Source: an uncultured Planctomycetaceae bacterium (GTDB lineage Bacteria; Planctomycetota; Phycisphaerae; UBA1845; UTPLA1). From it: 31,983 bases of DNA. Positions 14,610 to 25,170 of this stretch are shown in pieces. A program made the translations under genes and the position numbers. The notes beneath the pieces were generated by a model that saw only the letters and a list, made by a program, of their open reading frames with translations, was not told the origin of the DNA and searched no databases. Every line of letters begins with the position of its first letter. Positions within the stretch are counted from its first letter, which is position 1. The DNA lies in assembly GCA_938008425.1 (NCBI GenBank), contig CALLKH010000350.1:1-31983 (forward strand), written 5' to 3'.

Positions 14610-17324
14610 ATGGTCACTCTCTCGACGGATCGAATGATTCAGAGCGACAAGGACGTCGCGCCGGCCTCCCGTTATGTCGACTTCGGATTGACGGAGAACG
14701 CGCTGCGCGTGTTACGCGCCCGCTACCTGGAGAAGAACGAGGCCGGACAGTGCACCGAGACCCCCGATGATCTCTTCGATCGGGTCGCCGACACGATGGC
14801 GGAGCCCGAGAGCAAGTACGGCGGCAATGAGACGACCCGCAGCGAGTGGAAGACCCGCTTCAAGCGTCTCATGATGTCGCGCAAGTTCATGCCCAACAGC
14901 CCGACGCTGATGAACGCGGGTCGGTCGATGGGCATGCTCAGCGCCTGCTTCGTTCTGCCTGTGCCGGACTCGATCGACGGGATCTTTGATTCGATCAAGC
15001 ACACCGCCCTGATCCAGAAGGCGGGCGGCGGAACGGGTTTCGCCTTCGATGCCCTGCGGCCGACGGGCGATTACATCCGCTCCAGCGGCGGAACGACGAG
15101 CGGTCCGATCAGCTTCTGGAAGGCGTTCAGCGAGGCGACCAACGCGATCCAGCAGGGTGCGTTTCGCCGCGGCGCGAACATGGGGATGATGTACGTCCAC
15201 CACCCGGACATTCTGAAGTTCCTCTACGCCAAGCAGGACCTGACGCAGTTCACGAATTACAACATCTCGGTCAAGATGACGGACGAGTGGATGGAGGCCT
15301 TCCTTCGGGAGCCGAACTCGCCGCACCTGACCCGCAACCCGCGCAACGGGCAGGAATTCTACATTCCCCGCGATGTCGTCATCAGCGAATACTGCGTCAA
15401 GGATCTGATCCGAAAGGAAGACTACGACGGCAGCGCGCCGGTGTACTCGCGCCAGGAAATCTGGGACATCATCGTCAAGCACGCCTGGCAGACCGGCGAA
15501 CCGGGCGTCGTCTTCATGGATCGCATCAACGAGGCGAACCCCACACCGCATGTCGGCCGCATGGAAGCGACCAACCCGTGCGGCGAGCAGCCGCTCCTGC
15601 CGTACGAGGCGTGCAACCTCGGCAGCGTGAATCTCGGGCTCTTCATCAAGAACGAGTGTTCGCCGTCGGCCGAGGTTGACTGGGACGCCCTGCGAACCAC
15701 GGTGCACGAGTCGATTCGCTTCCTCGACAACGTGATTGACGCCAACAACTACCCGCTCGAGCAGATTCACGACATCTGCACGGCCAATCGCAAGATCGGC
15801 CTCGGCATCATGGGCTTCGCCGATGCGCTCTATAAGCTCGGCGTGCGCTACAACTCGGAAGAGGGCGTGGCGTGGGGCGAGAAGTTCATGAAGTTCGTGA
15901 ACGACGAATCGCACAACTACTCCGAGAAGCTCGCCAAGGAGCGCGGAAACTTCCCGAACTGGGCCAACAGCCACTGGGATACGAAGTACCACCGGCAGAT
16001 GCGCAACAGCTGTTCGACGACGGTCGCGCCGACGGGCACGATCAGCATCATCGCCGACTGCTCAGGCGGCATCGAGCCGATGTTCAGTCTTGCTTTCTAC
16101 CGCAACGTTCTGAAGGGACAGGCGGAAGGCAAGACGCCGATGATCGAAAGCAACGAGACTTTCGAAAAGGTCGCGAGAGATCGCGGCTTCTACAGCGAGG
16201 GACTCATGGATCGAATTGCCAAGGAAGGCACCCTCGCTCATATTGAAGACGTTCCGGAGGATGTCAGGCACGTCTTTGTCTGCGCCCATGATATTGAACC
16301 CGAGTGGCACGTTCGCATGCAGGCGGCGTTCCAGCGGCATTGTGATTCTTCCATCAGCAAGACCATCAACTTCCCCCATGACGCCGACGCCGCGGAGGTC
16401 GAAAAGATCTACCGCATGGCGTACGAACTTCGCTGCAAGGGTGTGACGGTCTACCGCGACGGCTGCCGATCGAGCCAGCCGATGGCGCTGAAGGACTCCG
16501 AGAAGAAGCACAAGGCCGGCACCACGGGCAGCGAGGCGACGGGTGACTCATGCCCCCCGTCGGCCGCGGCGCAGACGAAGCCGGCCACGACGGAGAACGA
16601 GCCGTCGGCATCCCGGGACGTGCGTGAGGACAAGCCGAGGATCACCACCGAGGTGAATCTCTTCGGCGAACGGGTGACGAAGGTGCAGAAGCCGCAGCAG
16701 ATCCTGGAGCCGCGGGAACTTCCCGCCATCACCAGCGGCCTGCGGATCCGGCAGCAGACGCCGTTCGGCAACATGCACATTCAGATCACGGTCGATCCGC
16801 GAACCGAGCGGGAGATGGAAGTTTTCGCCCAGCTCGGCAAGGGCGGCGACATTGCGACCAGCGATCTGGAGGCGATCTGCCGAATGATCAGCCTCTGGCT
16901 TCGCGCCGGCGGAAACCTCCAGCATGTGATCAAGCAGTTGTCCGGGATCGGATCGCACCTGCAGATTCCCACCCGCGACGGTCGCATCATGTCGCTCGGC
17001 GACGGCCTCGCCCAGGCGCTCAAGCGGTACACCCGGGCGAAGGAGCGACACGGTCTGCGGACGCTGCTTCTCGGCGAGATCGATCCTTCGGACATCGAGC
17101 GGGCGCCCACCGAGGGACGGACGAATGGCAACGGCAACGGCCATTCCGCTCACAGCGAAGAAGTCGACACCGACACGACGCTGGAAGTCAGCCGACTGCT
17201 GGAGCCCCCGGCGAAGCTGGCCGCGCGAGCCGCCTATCGTCTGAAGTGCCCGGAGTGCGGGAGTGATCTCGACATGGGCGAGGGCTGCACAAAATGTCAC
17301 AGCTGCGGATATGCCCAGTGCTAG
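14610..17324 (+). CDS. nrdJ: Vitamin B12-dependent (class II) ribonucleotide reductase with C-terminal TSCPD-like domain and Zn ribbon
   Basis: FMPNSPTLMNAG, QLSAC-like MLSACFV, GGGTGFAF, TNPCGEQPL (thiyl radical Cys), CNLGSVNL, RKIGLGIMG, TTVAPTGTISII, SISKTINF, KGVTVYRDGCR; C-terminal CPEC...GEGCTKCHSCGYAQC. Start uncertain (14601, 14610 or 14634). Confidence 0.93.
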   Translation: MVTLSTDRMIQSDKDVAPASRYVDFGLTENALRVLRARYLEKNEAGQCTETPDDLFDRVADTMAEPESKYGGNETTRSEWKTRFKRLMMSRKFMPNSPTLMNAGRSMGMLSACFVLPVPDSIDGIFDSIKHTALIQKAGGGTGFAFDALRPTGDYIRSSGGTTSGPISFWKAFSEATNAIQQGAFRRGANMGMMYVHHPDILKFLYAKQDLTQFTNYNISVKMTDEWMEAFLREPNSPHLTRNPRNGQEFYIPRDVVISEYCVKDLIRKEDYDGSAPVYSRQEIWDIIVKHAWQTGEPGVVFMDRINEANPTPHVGRMEATNPCGEQPLLPYEACNLGSVNLGLFIKNECSPSAEVDWDALRTTVHESIRFLDNVIDANNYPLEQIHDICTANRKIGLGIMGFADALYKLGVRYNSEEGVAWGEKFMKFVNDESHNYSEKLAKERGNFPNWANSHWDTKYHRQMRNSCSTTVAPTGTISIIADCSGGIEPMFSLAFYRNVLKGQAEGKTPMIESNETFEKVARDRGFYSEGLMDRIAKEGTLAHIEDVPEDVRHVFVCAHDIEPEWHVRMQAAFQRHCDSSISKTINFPHDADAAEVEKIYRMAYELRCKGVTVYRDGCRSSQPMALKDSEKKHKAGTTGSEATGDSCPPSAAAQTKPATTENEPSASRDVREDKPRITTEVNLFGERVTKVQKPQQILEPRELPAITSGLRIRQQTPFGNMHIQITVDPRTEREMEVFAQLGKGGDIATSDLEAICRMISLWLRAGGNLQHVIKQLSGIGSHLQIPTRDGRIMSLGDGLAQALKRYTRAKERHGLRTLLLGEIDPSDIERAPTEGRTNGNGNGHSAHSEEVDTDTTLEVSRLLEPPAKLAARAAYRLKCPECGSDLDMGEGCTKCHSCGYAQC

Positions 17325-17334
17325 TTGTTGTAGG

Positions 17335-17355
17335 AAAAAACCCCAAGGGTTTTTT
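17335..17355. terminator. Weak, possibly bidirectional hairpin just after nrdJ
   Basis: AAAAAACCC-CAA-GGGTTTTTT; the GC core is only 3 bp. Confidence 0.45.
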
Positions 17356-17471
17356 GTAGACGACTGGAAATGTGGTCGATAGGGTAGTTTGTGGCTTCAT
17401 TCATCCAGGAGGGATGCTTGCACGGCTAAGGCCAGTTGGAGCTGACGGAAGCACGGCTTCTTTCCCCTCCG

Positions 17472-17515
17472 GAAAGCGTCGAGATCCCCCAGAGGGCCTC
17501 GACGCTTTCTATTTC
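17472..17515 (+). terminator. Strong intergenic hairpin followed by a T-rich tail
   Basis: GAAAGCGTCGAG (17472-17483) and CTCGACGCTTTC (17498-17509) form a perfect 12-bp inverted repeat, followed by TATTTC. Confidence 0.6.
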
Positions 17516-17591
17516 ATGGCTCTGCCGTTCATCTGACTTCCATTCGGCCGCCCCCCGAAACCAATCGAAAAACCCCTGCTTTTTACGTGAT

Positions 17592-17630
17592 TTCACGGCT
17601 GGCCGGTCCGCGCCTTACAATGTCGCCATG
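17592..17630 (+). promoter_or_regulatory. Probable leaderless promoter of the redoxin gene
   Basis: TTCACG (17592-17597), 18 nt, TACAAT (17616-17621), 6 nt, ATG (17628); no Shine-Dalgarno. Confidence 0.5.
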
Positions 17631-18914
17631 CAGAGGCCTCTCATCCATTTTCTTCTCTTCGGCCTGGTCGCGGCCTTGGCACTGCCGGCCGGTGCCGCCG
17701 ATCCGCCGGCTTCGAAGTCGACGTCGGCGACATCGCAGCCGGTCGACTCACCGCCGGCGAATTTCTCCAGCGAGGAATGCCTGGCCGTCGGGCGGGAGTT
17801 GCTCGAACAGGATAATTTTCCTCGGGCGCGGGCCTGGTTCGAGGCGGCCCTGGACCGGGATTCGAAGCCCGCGGCGGCTTCCGAGGCCAAGCTTGCGCTT
17901 GAACGGCTGGAGTTGCTCGGCCGGTTCGCGCCCCGACTCAGCGTTAAGGAGTGGATCCAGGGCGCGCCGCCGTCCGCCCAGCGGCTGGGCGGCAAGGTGC
18001 TTGTGATTTTCTTCTTCGAGGCGATCGATCCGGCTGTGAAACACGCGGTTTCAGAAATGAACGTGCTCGTCGAGAACAACCGAAAGAACGACTTCGAAGC
18101 GATCGGCATCGCGTCGGTTCTCGGCGAGGTGGAACACCAGCAGCCCGGCGATATCCGAAGCTACCTGGCCGACGAGCGAATCAAGTACCGGGTGGGCATC
18201 GACGACGGCGGCGTGCTCTCGCTGCATGCCTACAAGGGGAAGGGCGTTCCGCATTACGCGGTGATCGATCGGGCGGGACGCGTGCGCCGGCTCGGCGTCT
18301 ATTCGCCGGCGGAGATCGATTTCGCGGTTCGCAAGTTGCTCGCCGAGTCGCCGGATACCAGGCTTCCGGGCGAGCGGCTCGTCATGCCGCAGAGCCGGGA
18401 AGGCCGGGAGCTCATCGATACCCGCGCCCCGAGGCTCAAGTCAGACGTCTGGGCGAACACCACCGACAATCGGCCGCCGGAAATCCTGGGCCGGCCGCGG
18501 CTGGTGCGATTCTTCATGAGCAATTGCCCGTACTGCCGCGCGTCGGCGCCGGCGCTCAATCGCATTCACCGCGACTTCGCCGGGAAGGGGCTCCAGGTGA
18601 TCGGTGTCTATCATCCGAAACCGGAGCCGCGGGCGGTTTCCGAGGATGAGTTTCGCCGGGCGGTGCGGCAATTGGAACTCGAGTTCCCCTGCACGGTGGA
18701 CGCCGACTGGTCGTTTCTTCGCCGGCTCTGGCTCGACGCCGGCGATGGGCATCGCGAATTCACCAGCGCGACATTTCTCATTGATCGTCGCGGGCGGATT
18801 CGATTTGTGCACCCCGGCCCCGATTTCTTCCCCAGCGACAAGCCGGAGAACGCGCGGCAAAATGACGACTATGAGGCCGTTCGGGCCGGTGTCGAAAAGC
18901 TGTTATCGGAGTGA
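17628..18914 (+). CDS. Secreted protein with a TPR-like helix pair and two TlpA/redoxin-type thioredoxin domains
   Basis: Signal peptide MQRPLIHFLLFGLVAALALPAGA|. Domain 1 APRLSVKEWIQG...KVLVIFFF...PHYAVIDRAGRVR has no CxxC. Domain 2 APRLKSDVW...VRFFMSNCPYC...SATFLIDRRGRIRFVH has CPYC. Confidence 0.8.
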   Translation: MQRPLIHFLLFGLVAALALPAGAADPPASKSTSATSQPVDSPPANFSSEECLAVGRELLEQDNFPRARAWFEAALDRDSKPAAASEAKLALERLELLGRFAPRLSVKEWIQGAPPSAQRLGGKVLVIFFFEAIDPAVKHAVSEMNVLVENNRKNDFEAIGIASVLGEVEHQQPGDIRSYLADERIKYRVGIDDGGVLSLHAYKGKGVPHYAVIDRAGRVRRLGVYSPAEIDFAVRKLLAESPDTRLPGERLVMPQSREGRELIDTRAPRLKSDVWANTTDNRPPEILGRPRLVRFFMSNCPYCRASAPALNRIHRDFAGKGLQVIGVYHPKPEPRAVSEDEFRRAVRQLELEFPCTVDADWSFLRRLWLDAGDGHREFTSATFLIDRRGRIRFVHPGPDFFPSDKPENARQNDDYEAVRAGVEKLLSE

Positions 18915-18942
18915 CGTCGTTTCGTATTCGGGGACTGCGTGA

Positions 18943-21003
<2,061 letters not shown>

Positions 21004-21049
21004 TCGTTCCCGGACACCCGCTCGCAGCGACGCCGATCAGTGCCGCCTG

Positions 21050-21682
21050 CTAGTCGTCGTTCGACTTTTTGCGCTTCTCCTCCGCCTTCCTGCGTTCGGC
21101 CTCTTTGCGTTCCTTCTTTTTCCTGCGTTCCTCGGAGTCTTTCACGTCGTCGAAATCGCCTTCCTTGCGAGCCTCGAACCAGCCGACCAATTCCTCAACA
21201 TTCGACTTGGCAAGGTCGTCATCGCCGGTGCGCGCCGCGGCGCTTTTCGTCACGATCTGGACCCGGTCAAGCGGCTTTCCATCGGCAGAAATGGTGTAGA
21301 GCACCACAGAGTAGGAATCACTCCCGAGCAGGTCTCCCATGCCCGAGGTGGCGTGAAACCACAGCACCTTGGGCTCAATCTGGATCGACGGCTCGCCGCT
21401 GCGAAAAACCGGCTCCTCCGCCTTCGTCAACTGCTCGATGAGCTCCCGGCGAAGCGCGGCGGTGAATTCGCGCGAGACGAAAGGACTGACGTCGCTCGTC
21501 GGCTGGGCGACGGTTACGCCCTTGTAGCTCTGATAGGTGTTCCTCGAACTGTCGGGAAACGTTTGTGACTTGGAACTCGCGCCTTTGGCCTCCTTGAGCA
21601 CGCGCTTGGCGGCCGTCATGCAACCGGTGCTGAGCGTCAGGGCCGTAAGAACTACGGTGAGACCCATGAGTGGTGTTTTCAT
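21050..21682 (-). CDS. Putative lipoprotein (possibly DUF4410-like) with a Lys/Glu/Arg-rich tail
   Basis: MKTPLMGLTVVLTALTLSTG|C lipobox-like N-terminus from ATG 21682; good coding-like sequence; the family guess is weak. Confidence 0.65.
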   Translation of the reverse strand: MKTPLMGLTVVLTALTLSTGCMTAAKRVLKEAKGASSKSQTFPDSSRNTYQSYKGVTVAQPTSDVSPFVSREFTAALRRELIEQLTKAEEPVFRSGEPSIQIEPKVLWFHATSGMGDLLGSDSYSVVLYTISADGKPLDRVQIVTKSAAARTGDDDLAKSNVEELVGWFEARKEGDFDDVKDSEERRKKKERKEAERRKAEEKRKKSNDD

Positions 21683-21768
21683 CGCAATATTTCCATGAGC
21701 GCGTCGGACGTGACAGCCCGACCGCACGGCCGGAGCCTGGCGGGATTGTAGGAGCCGGCCGGTTGCGG

Positions 21769-22935
21769 TCAATCAGGATCGGATTCGAACAAATTGGGTT
21801 GCGTCGTTTTCGTGTCTTTCGCAAAGGCCGCCCGTATCCGATCGACCCACTCGGCGGGATCGTGGCCGCGATCGAGACGGATGAAGATGCCGGGCGCTTT
21901 CTCGCGTTGGAACAGAAACCGGGCAACCAGCGAAATCGTTTCGGAGGCCGGTCGGGTGGCGGCCGGGCGATCAAGAATCCGTGGCGCCGCCGCAAACCAT
22001 GCCGGCAATGTCGAGTCGATGGCGCTCAGGGAAGCGGCTTCCCCGGACACCACATCCTCGCCACCGACGTAGTAAGGCCGGATGAGGGTTTTCGCCGGGT
22101 CGCGTCGTGGTTTACCCGCGCGCTGAACGACGAGCCAGCGACACGCGGAGACGTCCGCCACGAACTCGTATTCCATCCCGTGCTGCAGCGACTCGGCGCG
22201 GTCAAGGGTTCTTCGGATGCCGGCCGCTTTTTCAAACTCGAGCGCCGCTGAAGCGTCCTGCATCGCGTCGCGCAGCTCGGCGAGCCGGGAGTCGCATCTT
22301 CCGACAGTGAACTCCGCGGCGTTTGCGATCATTTTTCGATAGGCGTCCATCGAAATCGTGCCGTCGCAGGGCGCGGGGCATTTGCCCATGTCGTAATAGG
22401 CACATCGATCGCCGCGCGGCGCCAGTTCGAGCACATGGTGGTAGCGGCAGAGGTCGAAGGCATCTTCGAGCATCTCGATCCACGCGCCGACATCGCGCTG
22501 AGCGGCGAAGGGACCGAAGTATCGCGCGCCGTCGTCACGCAGTTCGGCGGCGGCAGTGAAGCGCGGGTGCGCGGCCGCGGGATCGACGCGCAGAAACCAG
22601 GCCGGCGGGAACGCGATCATCTCGCGATAGGACTTCGGGTAGAGCTCCCGCGCGACGCGCCAGTGAATCCACTGCGTCTCGAACGGGCTGAACGTCTCGG
22701 CCCAGTAAACGCGCTGCGAGATGGCGGACAAGTCGGCGCGTTTGGTGCGGGTGCCCTCTTCAGGGGTGGTCAATCGATGGGTGATCGCGCGCCGGATGTT
22801 CTCGGCAAAGGCGAGCAGGATCGGCTGATCGGTTTCACTGGCGAGGAGGTACACGCCGCCGGCTGCCGGAATTGAACGCAGCGCGTTCGGATCGGCCGGG
22901 TCGATTTCCAGTCGGTGTGAAAGCAGGGGATGCAC
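21769..22935 (-). CDS. UvrC N-terminal-like (Cho-like) protein: degenerate GIY-YIG, four-Cys cluster and UVR coiled coil
   Basis: IPAAGGVYLL, RYFGPFA, DLCRY...RCAYYDMGKCPAPCDG, LRDAMQDASAALEFEKAAGIRRTL. No RNase H-like or HhH C-terminal half. Confidence 0.78.
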   Translation of the reverse strand: MHPLLSHRLEIDPADPNALRSIPAAGGVYLLASETDQPILLAFAENIRRAITHRLTTPEEGTRTKRADLSAISQRVYWAETFSPFETQWIHWRVARELYPKSYREMIAFPPAWFLRVDPAAAHPRFTAAAELRDDGARYFGPFAAQRDVGAWIEMLEDAFDLCRYHHVLELAPRGDRCAYYDMGKCPAPCDGTISMDAYRKMIANAAEFTVGRCDSRLAELRDAMQDASAALEFEKAAGIRRTLDRAESLQHGMEYEFVADVSACRWLVVQRAGKPRRDPAKTLIRPYYVGGEDVVSGEAASLSAIDSTLPAWFAAAPRILDRPAATRPASETISLVARFLFQREKAPGIFIRLDRGHDPAEWVDRIRAAFAKDTKTTQPNLFESDPD

Positions 22936-22980
22936 GAATCTCGATCGCGCCGCGGCTTGATCGATCCAGATCGACGACTG

Positions 22981-23796
22981 TCAGCCCGCGGTCCTCGGCC
23001 GTCGCACGCGGAAGAGATCGTAGCCGAGCAGGCGCCATTTCAGAAGCCCGGCGAGAACACCCATGAAGCCGATGCGTCCGCGAAAGCCCTTCGACGCCCG
23101 CCAGCCGCGCTGCTTGATCTCCTGAAGGCCGTCATCGATGGACTTCGCAATCGGCAGCGAGGCGTCTTCATGGCGAAGCAGTTCAAAGCCGTGCTTGCGG
23201 AACGCGTTCTTGTAATCAGTGACGGACCAGAGATGCACGTTGGAGTTGAACTGTGACGGCAGCTTGTTCAGCAGTTCGACCGGGGCGAAAAGCAGCTTGC
23301 GGTTCGTCGTGATGTCGCCGCAGCAGAGCGTGCCGCCGGGTTTGAGTACGCGGAAACATTCGGCGATGAACTTGTTCTTATCCGGGTAGTGCAGGGCGGA
23401 TTCGAGATTGAAGATGACATCGATGCTGCCGTCGGCCACGGGCAGATTGTGGGCGTCGCCCTGGAGGAAGAACGGCCGGGAGGCCTGCCCCGAGTAGCGG
23501 GCCTCGGCGGCCTGGGCGCTGGAGCCAAGGTATTCAATGCCGACGAGCCGCGCGGGCTTGTATTTCTGAAAGATCCATCCGGCCGGTCCGCCGATGCCGC
23601 TGCCGACATCGAGTACGTTGGACGACTCGTTGATGGCGGTATCGCCGATGAGCTGCCAGACGAGCGATCGCTGATGTTCGTCGAAGGTCTCGGTCCGATC
23701 CTTGGGGGCGTAGCCGCAGTTGTAGCCGAAGAGGCCCATGGCCTGCGTCAGTTCCCAGTTGGGACGGTAATGGGCCTCCATGGTCCGTTGCGACAT
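22981..23796 (-). CDS. Class I SAM-dependent methyltransferase (Methyltransf_11-like, small-molecule/lipid type)
   Basis: VLDVGSGIGG motif I, FLQGDAHNLPVADGSIDVIFNLESALHYPDK, FRVLKPGGTLCCGD. Confidence 0.85.
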   Translation of the reverse strand: MSQRTMEAHYRPNWELTQAMGLFGYNCGYAPKDRTETFDEHQRSLVWQLIGDTAINESSNVLDVGSGIGGPAGWIFQKYKPARLVGIEYLGSSAQAAEARYSGQASRPFFLQGDAHNLPVADGSIDVIFNLESALHYPDKNKFIAECFRVLKPGGTLCCGDITTNRKLLFAPVELLNKLPSQFNSNVHLWSVTDYKNAFRKHGFELLRHEDASLPIAKSIDDGLQEIKQRGWRASKGFRGRIGFMGVLAGLLKWRLLGYDLFRVRRPRTAG

Positions 23797-23874
23797 GGCG
23801 GTGTGGTGCCTCCTGAGCGGAATCGATCGAATTCGGGCGAGGCGAGCTTCGCGTCCCGCCTCGCAAGGCGCGGA

Positions 23875-23903
23875 ATTGTAATCGAATCGGGGCGGCCGGT
23901 CAC
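23875..23903 (-). promoter_or_regulatory. Sigma70-type promoter for the methyltransferase / UvrC-like / lipoprotein genes
   Basis: Minus strand GTGACC (23903-23898), 17 nt, TACAAT (23880-23875). Confidence 0.5.
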
Positions 23904-23989
23904 ATGACTTCGGGCGATGCTTGACAACCGGCGAATTCGCCCGGAATTTGAGGGTCCGTCGCCTGCCGCGACGAGGGGAGCCCTTCCGC

Positions 23990-24931
23990 GTGACTCAGCC
24001 CGACCTCGCCGTACTCATTGCCAAGGTGCGTCTCAAGAATCCGATCCTGACGGCCTCGGGCACCTGCGGCTACGGGCGCGAGTACGCTCCGTTTCTCGAT
24101 ATGAACCGGCTCGGGGGTTTCACGACCAAGAGTGTGACCCTGAGGCCGCGCAAGGGCAACGCGCCTCAGCGGATCGTGGAGACGCCGGGCGGCATGCTCA
24201 ACGCCATCGGGCTGGCAAACGTCGGGCTGGATGAGTTCATGAAGTCAAAGGCGCCGGAGGCCGCGGCGCTCGGTCCCGCGGTGTTTGTCAACGTCGCAGG
24301 GCACAGCCTGGAGGAATACGTCGAGGTGTGTCGCGTCATCGACACCGCCGACGGCCTTGCGGGTATTGAACTGAATGTCTCGTGCCCAAACGTCAAAGAC
24401 GGCCTCACGTTTGGGACCGATCCCGCGCTGCTGAAGGAACTGGTGTCGGCGGTGCGGTCGGTGGTGAAGCGCGGCGTGTTGATGGTGAAGCTGTCGCCCA
24501 ACGTGACGGACATCACGGCGACGGCGCGGGCGGCGATTGACGGCGGGGCGGATGCGCTCACGATGATCAACACGTTCGTCGGCATGAAGATCGACATTCG
24601 AACAGGCCGGCCGGTGCTGGCGAACGGATCGGGCGGCGTGAGCGGTCCGGGGATCAAGCCGATGGCGATTCACATGGTTCATCGGGTCTATCGCGAAGTC
24701 GCGCGGGATGCGGGCGTGCCGATCGTCGGCATGGGCGGGGTGCGGTGCTGGCAGGACGCGGTGGAGTTCATGCTCGCAGGCGCGACGGCGGTGGCGGTCG
24801 GTACGGCGCTCTTCGCGCATCCCGACGCGCCGATGCGGATCGTTGATGGGCTGGAGAAGTATCTGATGGAACGCGGAATGAAGTCGGCATCGGAGCTGAT
24901 CGGCGCAGCGCATCGACCGGGTGGCGGCTGA
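23990..24931 (+). CDS. pyrD: Dihydroorotate dehydrogenase, family 1 catalytic subunit
   Basis: LKNPILTASGTCGYG, TKSVT, GNAPQR, MLNAIGLANVG, ELNVSCPNV, VKLSPNVTDI, INTFVGM, GGVSGPGIKPMA, IVGMGGV. GTG at 23990 preceded by AGGGGAG. No pyrK in the window. Confidence 0.93.
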   Translation: MTQPDLAVLIAKVRLKNPILTASGTCGYGREYAPFLDMNRLGGFTTKSVTLRPRKGNAPQRIVETPGGMLNAIGLANVGLDEFMKSKAPEAAALGPAVFVNVAGHSLEEYVEVCRVIDTADGLAGIELNVSCPNVKDGLTFGTDPALLKELVSAVRSVVKRGVLMVKLSPNVTDITATARAAIDGGADALTMINTFVGMKIDIRTGRPVLANGSGGVSGPGIKPMAIHMVHRVYREVARDAGVPIVGMGGVRCWQDAVEFMLAGATAVAVGTALFAHPDAPMRIVDGLEKYLMERGMKSASELIGAAHRPGGG

Positions 24932-24934
24932 TAG

Positions 24935-25158
24935 TTTAGCCCAGCTCCGTCAGGAGCAGGGTGACAGCGATGCGGCGGTCAAATGGAGAGGCGACCCCGG
25001 CGGCGAAGCACTCAACCATGCGGATGAATCCACGGGCGAAAGTTGTGCTTGATGCGCGTATCGACTCCGCGGCCGCCGTCGCCCTGACGGGCGTCGGCTA
25101 AACGGGGCGGTTCGCGGCTTCTCTCGCATGCATCGCTGCCCCGTCAGGCGGCGGCTAG
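24935..25158. repeat. Cluster of REP-like imperfect palindromes (inverted doublet plus a third hairpin) between convergent genes
   Basis: Plus 24935-24962 TTTA-GCCC-A-GCTCC-GTCA-GGAGC-A-GGGT; minus 25102-25075 TTTA-GCCG-A-CGCCC-GTCA-GGGCG-A-CGGC; third GTCA-loop hairpin at 25135-25155. Confidence 0.6.
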
Positions 25159-25170
25159 TCGGGAAGCGTC

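Noticed and set aside
17628-18914. Redoxin protein as the cytoplasmic reductant for the neighbouring RNR
   Set aside because: It has a clear signal peptide and its own promoter after two hairpins, so compartment and transcription unit differ.
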